From: Mobula hypostoma
Lineage: Eukaryota
Reading direction: 5' to 3'
Length of the DNA stretch: 64,000 bases
Assembly: GCF_963921235.1 (NCBI RefSeq)
Contig: NC_086108.1
Coordinates: 11,098,001-11,162,000, forward strand
Shown piece by piece: positions 49,750 to 62,690 of the stretch (positions within the stretch are counted from its first letter, which is position 1; each line of letters starts with the position of its first letter). The position numbers and the translations under genes are program-made. The notes beneath the pieces are model-generated. The model saw only the letters and a list, made by a program, of their open reading frames with translations, ran no database searches and had not been told where the DNA came from.

Positions 49750-52712
49750 GCAACACACACAAAATGGTGAAGGAACTCAGCAGGTCAGGCAGATCTATGA
49801 AAATGAATGAACAGTCAATGTTTTGGGCCAAGACTCTTCTTCAGGACTGGGAAGGAAAGTGGGAGAACACCAAAACAAAATGGTGGGGGAGGGGAAAGCG
49901 GCTAGCTGGAAGGTGATTGCAATAAAGGAACAGCAGTTATAATGGGTGACTTCAATCTACATGTAGATTGGGTGAACCAAATTGGTAAAGGTGCTGAGGA
50001 AGAGGATTTCTTGGAATGTATGCGGATGGTTTTTTGAACCATCATGTCGAGGAACCAACTAGAGAGCAGGCTATTCCAGACTGGGTTTTGAGCAATGAGG
50101 AAGGGTTAATTAGCAATCTTGTTGTGAGAGGTCCCTTGGGTAAGAGTGACCATAATATGGCGGAATTCTTCATTAAGATGGAGAGTGACATTATTAATTC
50201 AGAAACAAAGGTTCTGAACTTAAAGAGGGGTAACTTTGAAGGTATGAGACGTGAATTAGCTAAGATAGACTGGCAAATGACACTTAAAGGATTGACGGTG
50301 GATATGCAATGGCAAGCATTTAAAGATTGCATGGATGAACCACAACAATTGTTCATCCCAGTTTGGCAAAAGAATAAATCAAGGAAGGTAGTGCACCCGT
50401 GGCTGACAAGGGAAATTAGGGATAGTATCAATTCCAAAGAAGAAGCATACAAATTAGCCAGAAAAAGTAGCTCACCTGAGGACTGGGAGAAATTCAGAGT
50501 TCAGCAGAGGAGGATAAAGGGCTTAATTAGGAAGGGGAAAAAAGATTATGAGAGAAAACTGGCAGGGAACATAAAAACTGACTGTAAAAGCTTTTATAGA
50601 TATATAAAAAGGAAAAGACTGGTAAAGACAAATGTAGGTCCCCTACAGACAGAAACAGGTGAATTGATTATGGGGAGCGAGGACATAGCAGACCAATTGA
50701 ATAATTACTTTGGTTCTGTCTTCACTAAGGAGGACATAAATAATCTTCCGGAAATAGTAGGGGACACAGGGTCCAGTGAGATGGAGGAACTGAGCGAAAT
50801 ACATGTTAGTAGGGAAGTGGTGTTAGGTAAATTGAAGGGATTAAAGGCAGATAAATCCCCAGGACCAGATGGTCTGCATCCCAGAGTGCTTAAGGAAGTA
50901 GCCCAAGAAATAGTGGATGCATTAGTGATAATTTTTCAAAACTCGTTAGATTCTGGACTAGTTCCTGAGGATTGGAGGGTGGCTAATGTAACCCCACTTT
51001 TTAAAAAAGGAGGGAGAGAGAAACCGGGGAATTATAGACCGGTTAGCCTAACGTCAGTGGTGGGGAAACTGCTGGAGTCAGTTATCAAAGATGTGATAAC
51101 AGCACATTTGGAAAGCAGCGAAATCATCGGACAAAGTCAGCATGGATTTGTGAAAAGAAAATCATGTCTGACGAATCTCATAGAATTTTTTGAGGATATA
51201 ACTAGTAGAGTGGATAAGGGAGAACCAGTGGATGTGGTATATTTGGATTTTCAAAAGGCTTTTGACAAGGTCCCACACAGGAGATTAGTGTGCAAACTTA
51301 AAGCACACGGTATTGGGGGTAAGGTATTGATGTGGATAGAGAATTGGTTAGCAGACAGGAAGCAAAGAGTGGGAATAAACGGGACCTTTTCAGAATGGCA
51401 GGCAGTGACTAGTGGGGGTACCGCAAGGCTCAGTGCTGGGACCCCAGATGTTTACAATATATATTAATGACTTGGATGAGGGAATTAAATGCAGCATCTC
51501 CAAGTTTGCGGATGACACGAAGCTGGGCGGCAGTGTTAGCTGTGAGGAGGATGCTAAGAGGATGCAGGGTGACTTGGATAGGTTGGGTGAGTGGGCAAAT
51601 TCATGGCAGATGCAATTTAATGTGGATAAATGTGAAGTTATCCACTTTGGTGGCAAAAATAGGAAAACAGATTATTATCTGAATGGTGGCCGATTAGGAA
51701 AAGGGGAGGTGCAACGAGACCTGGGTGTCATTATACACCAGTCATTGAAAGTGGGCATGCAGGTACAGCAGGCGGTGAAAAAGGCGAATGGTATGCTGGC
51801 ATTTATAGCGAGAGGATTCGAGTACAGGAGCAGGGAGGTACTGCTGCAGTTGTACAAGGCCTTGGTGAGACCACACCTGGAGTATTGTGTGCAGTTTTGG
51901 TCCCCTAATCTGAGGAAAGACATCCTTGTCATAGAGGGAGTACAAAGAAGGTTCACCAGATTGATTCCTGGGATGGCAGGACTTTCATATGAAGAAAGAC
52001 TGGATGAACTAGGCTTGTACTCGTTGGAATTTAGAAGATTGAGGGGGGATCTGATTGAAACGTATAAAATCCTAAAGGGATTGGACAGGCTAGATGCAGG
52101 AAGATTGTTCCCGATGTTGGGGAAGTCCAGAACGAGGGGTCACAGTTTGAGGATAAAGGGTAAGCCTTTTAGGACTGAGATTAGGAAAAACTTCTTCACA
52201 CAGAGAGTGGTGAATCTGTGGAATTCTCTGCCACAAGAAACAGTTGAGGCCAGTTCATTGGCTATATTTAAGAGGGAGTTAGATATGGCCCTTGTGGCTA
52301 CGGGGATCAGGGGGTATGGAGGGAAGGTTGGTGCAGGGTTCTGAGTTGGATGATCAGCCATGATCATAATAAATGGCGGTGCAGGCTCGAAGGGCTGAAT
52401 GGCCTACCCCTGCACCTATTTTCTATGTTTCTATGTTTCTATTGGTGAAGCCAGGTGGGTGGGAAAAGTCAAGGGCTGGTGAGGAAGGAATCTGATAGGA
52501 GAGGAGAGTGCACCACAGGAGAAAGGGAAGGAGGGAACCCGGGCGAGGTGATAGACAGGTAAGAGGTAGAAGGTCAGAGTGGCGAATAGAGGAAGAGGAA
52601 AAGGGAGAATTTTTTTAATGGAAGAAGAAATCAATATTCACACCATCAGGTAGGAGGCTACCCAGGCAGAATATCAGGTGTTGCTCCTCCACGCTGAGGG
52701 TGGCCTCATCTT
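49750..52712 (-). mobile_element. PLE remnant split by the CR1 insertion
   Basis: 49750-49919 and 52441-52712 rejoin as gctggaaggtgattggtgaagccagg; reverse DEATLSVEEQHLIFCLGSL.PDGVNIDF; degenerate hammerhead at ~49812-49850. Confidence 0.75.
49920..52440 (+). mobile_element. Young 5'-truncated CR1 LINE; ORF2 (endonuclease C-part + RT) with two frameshifts
   Basis: IMGDFN, LGKSDHN, KSPGPDG, NYRPVSLTS, YLDFQKAFDKVPH, GVPQGSVLGP, KFADDTK; frameshifts near 50020 and 51415; ATTG TSD (49916-19, 52441-44); (ttctatgt) tail. Confidence 0.97.
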
Positions 52713-53264
52713 GGAGATAGAGGCAGGATCGAGAGATATTGGGGGAGAAATGGAGATGTTCATGGTCTGACTACTGGCCTTGGAGTTCAATCTGACAGTG
52801 TTCAAAGCAAAATAATGATGGGTTACTGAAGGACTGCAGTGATCTGAGGTGGCCTTGCCTGTAGTATTTCCCAGCACAGCTGGTTACCAGGGTGACGGAG
52901 AGTTTTGGGGAGGCTGATGTAGGGTCAGAGGGAAGAATTTCATAAGCTGAGGCTCTTCACCTGTAACAGAGTGGGAGACACTTCACCAGAATCACTAACG
53001 TGCAACATGGCCAACCACTGACCCGAAAGAAGCAGAAAGATATCGATCAGTTGTTAAACTAGGCGAGCAGTGACAGGTGGAATTTGATCTGTCAAGTGTG
53101 AGGTGTGCATTCTGGGAGGTGTAACAAGTCTGGGACATGTACATTGACATAGGGACTAAAGAAGGACTGAAGAATACAGGGACCTTGAAAACAGGACACC
53201 AGGAGCAGGAGTAGGCAATTTGGCCCCTCTCACCTGCCCCACCATTCATTGTAATCATGACATC

Positions 53265-53890
53265 CAAGACTTTAACAAACTTCTATAAATGTGTAGTGGA
53301 GAATATATTGACTGGCTGCATCACAGCTGGTATGGAAACACCAATGTCCTTGAACAGAAAATTCCACAAAAGGTAATGGATTCAGCCCAGTACATCATGG
53401 GTAAAGCAATCCAAGCCACTGAGCACATCTATATGAAACACTGTAGTAGGAAAGCAGCATCCATCATCAGGGACCCCCATCACCCAGCTCATGTTCTCTT
53501 CTCGCTGCTGCCATTAGGAAGGAGGTGCAGGAGCCTCAGGACTCGCACCACCAGGTTCAGGAATAGTTACAACCCCTCAGTTATTGGGCTCTTGAACCAA
53601 AAGGGATAACCTCACTCAACTTAACTTGCACCATCGTTGAAATGTTCCCACACCTATGGACTCACTTTCATAGACTTTTCATCTTATGTTCTTGATATTT
53701 ATTGCTTACTTACTTATTATTATCATTTATTTCTTTTGTATTTGCACAGTTTCTTGTCTTCTGCACTCTAGTTGAACACCCTAGTTGGATAGTCTTTCAT
53801 TGATTCAGTTATAACTATTATTCTATAGATTTGTTGTGTATGCCCACAAGAAAATGAATCTCTATGGTAATACAATTTACTTTGAACTTT
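53265..53890 (+). mobile_element. Rex-Babar 3' portion with tail
   Basis: KAASIIRDPHHPAHVLFSLLPLGRRCRSLRTRTTRFRNSY. Confidence 0.88.
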
Positions 53891-54612
53891 CAACTTCGAC
53901 CACCAGTTCCTCTCCTGTACTGGTTTCCTTTGGCCCTCCATTGGGAATTCCCTTCCTGCCACCCCTCAGGACCTCCAGTTGGTAGAGGGAGTGAGGAAGT
54001 CCTCTGAGTGTTATGGTGATGGAGTCTCTTTGTTGCTAATTGCTGACTATTGATTGTTCCCGGGGAAGGGAGCAGAGATTTCCAAAGTTGTTGTCTGAGC
54101 TGCCTCTGGATTTTCTTTGCCTTGGGGAGCTCAGGGAGTGTGAGACTGTTGAACCATTGTCAATGCCAGCTACAGTCAGAATATGGAAATGCCACCTCAT
54201 ACCACCACCTGCTGGTGGAGGCAGGTGCCCTCCTACCTTCCTGTAATAACGGCTTCTGCCTACTGTCTTTCCACCCTGAGAACATCGCTCCTGAGTCCTG
54301 CAGTCTTCGACCCACTGCAGTGTACAAGGTCACGCTGGGGTTTCCTTGCTGAATAATCCCAATGGCCACAGGGATCAGGGATGTGGTGCACCCCTAGAGT
54401 TAGAATTTAGAATGTAGAACAGTGAACCTCACAGCACAGTACAGGCCCTTCAGCCCACAATGTTGTGTTGACCTCTTAACCTACCTTAAGATCAATCTAA
54501 CTCTTCCCGCTCATCTAGCCCTGCATTTTTCTATCATCTGTGTGACTATCATAAATGTTTAAGTTTCTTTAAGAATCTGTCCTATCTTTAAGTTTCTTCA
54601 ATTCCTCTAATC

Positions 54613-54691
54613 CAGGGGTTCCCAACCTGGGGTCCACAGACCCATAACTTAGTGTATTGGTCCATGGCATAAGAACGGTTGGGAATCCCTG
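54613..54691. mobile_element. 79-bp hAT-like MITE
   Basis: caggggttcccaacc...ggttgggaatccctg; 8-bp flanks ctctaatc / atctaata. Confidence 0.75.
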
Positions 54692-54764
54692 ATCTAATAA
54701 ATCTGCCTCTACCACTGAACCTGGGAGCACCTTCCACATACTCACTGCGCTCTGCATAAGACCT

Positions 54765-55315
54765 AATTCTGAATCAGAATCAAGTTTAATATCACCATCA
54801 TATGTCAGAAAATTTGTTATCGTTGCAGCAGCAGTACAATGCAATACATAATAATAGAAAAAATTGAATTACAGTAAGTGTATATATTAAATAGTTAAAT
54901 TAAATAAGTAGTGCAAAAACAGAAATTAAAAAAAAACTGAGGCAATGTTCTGGGTTCAATGTCCATTCAGAGGGGAAGAAGCTGATCCTGAATCGTTGAG
55001 TGTGCGCCTTCATGCTCCTGTACCTCCTCCCCGATGGTAGCAATGAGAAGAGGGCACGTCCTGGGTGATGAGGAGCCTTGATAATGGATGCCACCTTTTT
55101 GAGGCATCGCTCCTTGAAGATGTCCTGGATACTGTGGAGGCTGGTGCCCATGATGGAGTTGACTAAGTTTACAACTCTCTGAAGCTCATTTCAATCCTGT
55201 GCAGTAGCCCCCTCACCCCCATACCAGACAATGATACAGCCAGTTAGAATGCTGTTTTTGGTACATCTGTAGAAATGTGCGAGTGTTTCAGGTGATGCAC
55301 CAAATATTTTCAAAC
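54765..55315 (-). mobile_element. Rex-Babar 3' portion
   Basis: SIQDIFKERCLKKVASIIKAPHHPGRALFSLLPSGRRYRS. Confidence 0.88.
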
Positions 55316-55587
55316 AGACTCCCTCCCCCACCCCATAATTTCCTTTAAACACCCCACTGTGTCACACATCAACACTTAGTTCCCTGGGTAGTGCAGGTGC
55401 TTATACGAGCCACAGCACCCAGAATTTCCTGATAACCCCAGCCCAAATGTACATTGGGAATGGTTTTAACAGACAGTAGAACATTGTGACTCTTTCTGGA
55501 GTTTGCAGTGGGGTGGTGCAGGGAGTAGAAGTGACCCAGATCTGAGCCAGTGTTGTGTCTGCTGGGTCTGTGTGTGGGTGGCGGGGT

Positions 55588-55975
55588 TGAGATACGTCTC
55601 TATCAAAGGAGGTGTAAGGCACTCCTGCCCTCCACTATCCTGCACGTCACCTTTGGGTAAGGTGTAGCACCTGCTTTGTGGTCCCCCCCGCCCCCAAAGA
55701 TCAGGGTTACGCCGAGCCATGGGAGCAGGTAGTGGGTGGTCGATTGAACAGCGTATCACAAGTCCTGGTTATGTGACCGCAGATACCAGGCAGACAATGT
55801 CTGAAGAGATAATGATATTGATAATGGCTGGGGTCACATGTCTTGTAAAGACACTGCCCAGAAGAAGGCAATGACATACCATTGCCAAGAACAATCATGG
55901 CCATGTGACCATGATCGCCCACGTCATACAACAGGACACATAATGATGATGTCATACAACATGGCACATAATGAT
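55588..55975 (+). mobile_element. RTE-related non-autonomous family copy 3
   Basis: Homolog of 35190-35500; duplicated 3' cacataatgatg. Confidence 0.7.
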
Positions 55976-56334
55976 GGTGCTGAAGCGTCTCTGCGTAGGT
56001 TAGTGGCAAAGGAACCAAAGGGGAGGGGCAGGGTTGAAGTGAGAGAATCATATTAGAGTATGACCTTTAGAATGGAGATGAGGGGGAATTTCTTTAGCCA
56101 GAGGGTACTGAATCTTTGGAATTCATTGACATGGACAGCTGTGGAGGCCAAGTCATTGGGTATAGGCATTTAAAGCAGAGGTTGATTGGTTCTTGATTCG
56201 TAAGGGCATCAAAGGATACAGGGAGAAGGTAGGAGAATAGGATTGAGAGGGAAATGGATCAGCCATGATGAAATGATGGAGCAGACTACGTGGGCCAAAT
56301 GGCCAAATTTATTATTTATAAAGAACCTTCCACC

Positions 56335-56580
56335 CTTCGAGCCATGCCACCCAGCATCCCCTGATTTAACCCGAGCCTAATCACAGGGCAATTTACAATG
56401 ACCTGTTAACCTACCAACTGGTATGTCTTTGGACTGTGGGAGGAAACCGGAGCACTTACAAGAAAGCCAGGCAGTCACGGGGAGAACATACAAGCCCCTT
56501 ACAGGCAGCGGTGGGAATTGAACCCAGGTCACTGGTACTGTAAGGTTTCGTACTAACCACTACCCTACTGTACTGCCCTA
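56335..56580 (-). mobile_element. V-SINE (HE1-like)
   Basis: Reverse gtagggtagtggttag..ctgggttcaattccc..ctccggtttcctcccacagtccaaagac. Confidence 0.8.
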
Positions 56581-58004
56581 ATTCTACTCATGTGTTATGC
56601 TCTAATGGCTCCAGTTTCCTCCCACATGCCAAACACATCCTGGTTAGGGTGAGTAAGTTATGGACTTCCTATGTTGGTGCCAGAAGCAAGCCAACATGTA
56701 CAGGCTGCTGCCAGTACATCCTTAGCGATCTGATTGGAAATGAACGATGCATTTCACTGCATGTTTTGATGTACATGTGACAAATAAAGCTTAATCTTTT
56801 CTCTTTGTGAGGAGAGATGGGATTAATTGGAGCATGAAGTGACACAAACCAGGAGCAGGAGAAGGCCACTCGGCCCCTCAAACCTGCCCCACCATTCAGT
56901 ATGATCATGGCTGACTGATGCTGGCCTTATCTTCTCTCTGTGTCTGTTCCCCATAACCCTCCATTCCCAGCTCTTTAAAATAGTTATCTATATTCAAATT
57001 AAATATATTGTGTTGAGAGACAGCATGGGCTGATGGGTCAAATGGCCTCCTCCTGATTCAAAAATTCAAAGTACATTTATTATCAAAGTACGTATACAAT
57101 GTACAACCCTGAGATTCGTCTTCCCCACAGACAGCCATGAATCAAGGAAAACCATGGAACCTGTCCAAAGCAAAACATCAAACCCCCATGCAAAAAAAAG
57201 GAACAAATTGTGCAAACAGCAACAAAAATGTGAGTGAAAAACACAGAATATAAAACACAAAATCAGGAGTCCAGGCAGATTTCAGTTCAGCTCAGTGCTT
57301 GTTATCTGCAGGCCGCCCCAAGTCAGAATCACCAAGAATAGCAAAGGAGTGACCAGGAGCCAGAAACACATCATATTGTGAACTAACTGTCTGGAAGATG
57401 TCGCCCTTGGTACCGTTGTTCACTGGCACCATCTGGTCCTATCAGTCAGTACAATCCCAGGCAGTGGAGCATGTCGGCCTCTGCTAAGGTCCTGGTCACT
57501 TTACCTGCTTGTTGGTGTGAGAACTACTCTCTGGGGAGGGAAACTTCCCAGCAACGCAAAGATGATTAACAATGCTGATTTTTGGTGGCGGGAAGCTGGT
57601 CTCGAGGGATAGCTGATTGATAAACTGACTGATCTCTGAACTGTTCATCATCTGAAGCCATTGACCAGATCGGGAGTGGTGGGGAGGGTTGGGGGTGGGG
57701 TGGGAGATAGATGTGCTTTAAACTGGTTATCCCGCAAGCAGAGATCCCTCTCTAACTCTCCATCCTGTTATGTTCTGTAACTTCAAAACGTTAAACAAAT
57801 ACACTTTAAAAACAAGAGAGCCAAGAGATGCGAGCTTTAATTTTGGTCCTTATTTTCGGTGAGGCACACATGTATCACAGGGTCGCATCAAGATGTACAC
57901 AATTCACAAATTTACACTTACAACCTGTATTGAATTATTTAAATGAATGAGAATGCTTAATCAATCCATAAATCTATAAATTTCTCAAGTATTGCTGAAA
58001 TATT

Positions 58005-58650
58005 AGACCATAAGATACGGGAACAGAGTTAGGCCATTTGGCCCATCGAGTCTGCTCCATCATTTCATCATGGCTGATCCATTTCCCTCTCAGCCCCAAT
58101 CTCCTGACTTCACCCTGTATCCCTTCGTGCCCCAAACAATCAAGAAACTATCAACCTCTGCCTTAAATATACATGCAGATTTGGCCAACACAGCTGCCCG
58201 TAGCAATGAATTCCACAGATTCTCCACTTTCTGATGAAAGAAATTCCTCCTCATCTCCATTCGAAAAGGATACCCCTCTATTCTGAGGCTGTGTCCTCTG
58301 GTCTTAGACTCTCCCACCACAGGGAACATCCTCTCCACATCCACCCTATTGAGGGCTTTTAACATTTGATAGGTTTCAATGAGGTCACCCATCATTCTTC
58401 TGAATACAGTCCTGGAGCCATCAAACACCCCTCGTGTGACAAGCCTATCCTGGAATCATTTTCGTGAACCTCCTTTGAATGGTCTCCAATATCAACACAT
58501 CCTGTCTAAGATAAGGGCCCAAAGCCACTCACAATACCCCAAGTGAGGCCTCACCAGTGCCTTATAAAGTCTCACCATAACATTCTTGTTTTTATTGTCT
58601 AGACCTCTCAAAATAAATGCTAGCATTGCATTTTCCTTCCTCCCCACAGA
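58005..58650 (-). mobile_element. CR1 3' fragment
   Basis: GDLIETYQMLKALNRVDVERMFPVVGESKTRGHSLRIEG. Confidence 0.9.
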
Positions 58651-59489
58651 CTACATGCCTTGTGATGCATCAGGTGGTGATGTTGCCGTTTCTTTAGCAT
58701 TTTTGTCTGTTTTCTTTTGGAGACCGGGTTGCTGGCTCTGTGCTCAACCCAGACGGACGGAAAGTGTGCAAGGAGCTGGCTAGATTTGAACCGGGGACCT
58801 CTCGTCTCGAAATCTGGCATGCAGCACTGGCTAGCTACAGCCAATTGAATCTCCACATTAAAAGCCAGAATTTGTAAAGTAACAGACGAACAGTAAGTGT
58901 CACTGTAGAACACTTCGTTTGCATCCCTATTTTGTCCTTCTATGTCAAATGGCTCTGCTGCCCACAAAAGGTGTTGGGGGGGGTGACGGTGGTCTATGCT
59001 CTACAAAGTCCTTGCTTGCCTGGACTAACTGCACACTAACTGAAAACTATCCTTGCCTGGACATCACATAAACTCATTTCTTGCTTCAAGTTCTGCCATG
59101 AGGCTCATGGAGAGAACGTGTAAACGTTCTCCACACAGACAGCACCTGAGTCAGGTCACTGCATCCACGTCACTGCTCCAACTAGCTCCCAGATTGGTAT
59201 CATCAGTAAAACATCTTCAGCTCATTCAACTCGGGAAGGAAACATTGAACTCAAATGGCTCAAGGACAGTGCCAGATGTCTTTGTTCTTGCCATGTACTT
59301 GAAGGAATTGAGGCTGCCATTTTGTGAAGCTGCTCCGTAACCTCCATTTTATGAACTGTTTGATGAATGGATTCGTGCTCTGGGAGAACCTCATCAGAGA
59401 ATTGAACGTGGAAGCAAAGAGTTTCTGCTAATGATCTACTAAAGTTGAGACCATTCTCGGAGAGCAGGTTTGCAGAGTGGAGGAGCAGC

Positions 59490-60935
59490 GGAGAGTGGGA
59501 GACTGTGGGAGAGTGTGAGAGAGTGTGGAAGAGTGTAGGAAAGTGTGGGAGAATGTGGGATAGTGTGAGACTGTGTGTCATAGTCCAGTCCGTGAAATCT
59601 GCATTCTGGTTCACGGTCCGGTTCATCTTCCTTATTCCAGGTTTTCCGGTTTTCCCAGTTTCTGTTGAGGCAGCTGATTTTTGTTTGGGCTGGCTTCATA
59701 AATAGCTTCAGGATTCAGCCTCTGGCTGCTGGATTGTTCCTGTCTATACCCCTGTCTGAATCCCTTTCCTTCCCCTACCTTCTGTTGCCTCGCCTGAAGC
59801 CTTGCCTCACCTCGTTTGAAGCCTGGCCTCACCTCACCTCGCCTTGCCTGCTTTGCCTCGTCTGAAGCCTTGCCTTGCCTGCACCGCTGTCAAGTTCAAT
59901 CGCTGGAGCAAGATAAGGAACTGTCTATCGTTGTTTTGAACTGTCTCTGTGTCCACACCTTTGCTAGGTAGGTCCGGCCGTTTGCCGCTCCTTAGTGTTG
60001 GGAACTGTCTGTATCCACACCTTTGCTAGGTAGGTCCGGCCAACTGCCACTACCTTGTGTTGGGAACCGTCTCGTCATATTCTGCATTCTGTGTATGAGT
60101 CCCGGCCCTACGTCCTTTTTCCAAGGAGGGGTCCTGGCTCTGCGTTCCTGTCTGTCCCTCGACCAAGGCTCTGCATTCCTGTCTGTCCCTCGACCAAGGC
60201 TTTGCGTTCCTGTCTGTCCTTCGACCAAGGCTCTGCATTCCTGTTCCTCTCTTGACCTAGTCAAGGTTTCAGGGTCTCGTCCAGTCCTAGCCACGATCCA
60301 AGAACCTTGTCCTTTCCAAGCCATGGCTTTGTGTTCTCGTCTAATCCATGTATCTCGCCCAGCCCAGGAGTACCTTGCCTAGCCCGGTGCTGGGGTTCCC
60401 TCGTCCTGTGCTGGGGTTCCCTTTTCCTGTCCAGGAGTCTCACGTCCAGTCCTGTTGCCTCTCCTCGTCCTGCAGCCACGTCTTGTCCTCACCTAGTTCT
60501 GGAGTTCGAGCCCAAGTTAAGTCCCAGGTTCTGGATCTTTGCCCAGTCTCCGGCTCGGAGTCCATACCCAGGACTCGAAATACCCTAACCTCGAAGAATG
60601 CAAGCCTCGTCATGTCTTCGCCTAGATCCGGGGTCTGAGCCCGAGTCAAGACCCAGGTTTCAGGCCCTGGTCCAGTCTCTGGCTTGGAGTCCAAGCCCAG
60701 GCTCCTAGTTCCAAGTGCCATGTCCAGTTCCTAGTACTTCAGTGTCTGTGTCTTGCATTTGGGGCCGCTTCCATCAACGGCCCCATTATGACAGTGTGGG
60801 AGAGTGTGGGAGAGTGTGGAAGACTATAGGAGAGTGAGGGAGAGTGGGAGAGTGCGGAAGAGTGTGAGTGTGGGAGTGTGTGGGAGAGTGTGGGAGAGTG
60901 TGGGAGAGCAGAAGAGTTTGAGTATGGGAGTGTGT
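59490..60935. repeat. (gagagtgtgg)n simple repeat split by LTR (59490-59575 and 60794-60935)
   Basis: Same 10-bp unit on both sides of the insertion. Confidence 0.85.
59576..60793 (+). mobile_element. Probable solo LTR (~1.2 kb) with internal tandem repeats
   Basis: TGTCATA...TATGACA termini; ctgtg / gtgtg flanks; cataaata TATA-like at ~59697; 29-bp repeats at 60136-60245. Confidence 0.75.
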
Positions 60936-62063
60936 GGGGATTTGAGGATTTGCATTGACTTCTGAAAAATCAACACCATCTCCAAGTTTGATACCTCCCC
61001 CACGCTGCGGATTGATGAGCTGCTGAAGAGGTTGGGCCAAGCCAAGTTTATAATAGTGCTTGACCTCTGCAAATCCCGGTGGCAAAGAGCTCTCATGAGT
61101 CCCTCACATTCAGCACTCACCTTGGGCCCTTTCATTTCACCGTCATGTCTTTCAGGCTCCATGGAACTCAGTGACTTTCCAACGACTGATTGACCGTGTG
61201 GTGAGGGGATGCAAGAAGCACTGAGTGGCCTACCTGAATGATGTGGTCATCCTCAGCACCAGTTGGGTAGACCACCTGAAGCACCTTAGGGATGTACTGA
61301 AGAAGATTGCAGCTGCTGGCTTGACACTAAACGTCCAGAGCTGTGACTGGGCCCGCACTGCGGCACAGTACCTGGGCTACCAGCTGGGGCGAGGACTCAT
61401 TCAGCCACTGGTTGACAAAGTCGAGCCCATCAGAATAATCCCCGGCCCCTCATGAAGAAACAGGTCTGGTCCTTTCTGGGGTTAATTGGGTGGTATCACC
61501 ATTTTAGTCCCTCAGTTTGCCACCTTGGCAGTCCCACTAACAGAACTGACGCTGGAGTCTGCAAAGAGTCTGATCCAGTGGACTAAAGAATGTGAGGAAG
61601 CCTTTGTGACTCTGAAGGAGGTTTTGTGTTCCCGGCCGGTCCTCAGCAACCCAGTCTTCACTAAACCATTCACCATCCAGTTCAACGCCTCTGTGGAGAT
61701 TGGGGCAGTCTGGGCCCAGGGGAAAGACAGGGAAGAACAGCAGGTGTTATACATTAGTTGGGAGCTGCTACCATGGGAAACCAGGGGTTCCACTGTTGAG
61801 AAGGAAGCTCTTGCCATAAAATGGGCCTTGGAGAGCCTCTGGTATTACCTGCTTGGCATAGAATTCATTCTGGAGACTGACCACAAAGCACTCCCTGGAT
61901 CCATTCCATAAAAGACCACAATGCATTAATTATGAAATGGTACCTGGCTCTACAACCATTCCATTTCAACATCCATTATAAGGCAGGGCAGCACAACATC
62001 ACGGCAGACGATCTCTCCCGATTGCCCACCTTGTGCAATCCAGAAGAGGTGGTGGGGGGAGGG
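60936..62063 (+). mobile_element. Ty3/Gypsy pol remnant (RT + RNase H), frameshifted
   Basis: GDLRICIDF*KIN..RIDELLKRLGQAKFIIVLDL; AYLNDVVI; SFLGL; WTKECEEAF..LK..L..PVL; STVEKEALAIKWAL..YLLG..F.LETDHKAL; FNIHYKAGQHN..ADDLSR. Confidence 0.92.
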
Positions 62064-62361
62064 TGTGATATGACAGACCAGGTAGGCAATGCTAATTCTC
62101 CCTCTAACCTTGCCCCTTTACCTGGTTAGTCACTCCTTCTCATTCTGTCCCTGGTCCAGTTTCCCCAGTAGGTCACACACTTTGCCTTCCCATTCTGCAG
62201 TTCTTGGGAGTTCACTATTTACACACCCCAACAGTAAAACAATCGCTAGCTTAGCTAATCAAAACAATCCCTTCTGTTAACATGCTCTACTGGTTTATAA
62301 TTCATAAAAATAATGATTCTAGACACAGGCATTCCAAACAGTTTCATCTATTTTCACTCAC
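62064..62361 (+). mobile_element. Putative 3' LTR of the Gypsy element
   Basis: TGTGAT start immediately after purine tract agaagaggtggtggggggaggg; 3' boundary uncertain. Confidence 0.5.
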
Positions 62362-62690
62362 ACAGTGTCATCAGTTTGTAGACTGCAGAACAGCCCCAGA
62401 AGTCCCAAGGGACAGTTTGGGTGTCCTAAACTAATGCCTGTGTTGGTGGGAGCAGGTGCACTACTCCCTATGTGGGCAGATTTAAACCCTCAGTTTGGCT
62501 TTGCTGAGGAGTGTGGAGGCTGGGTTTGATGGTTGGTGAGTAGTTTTTTGGAAAGTTAACGATAAAGCGTGTCCTGGAAAAATCCTCTGTACATTTGTAA
62601 ATGTTTGCTTTCATTTGTCTATTTATAAATATCCTTTTTCTTCACAACTTCTGGCTAGCTTTTGCTTTTTTCCACTTGGGGCTAAATAAG

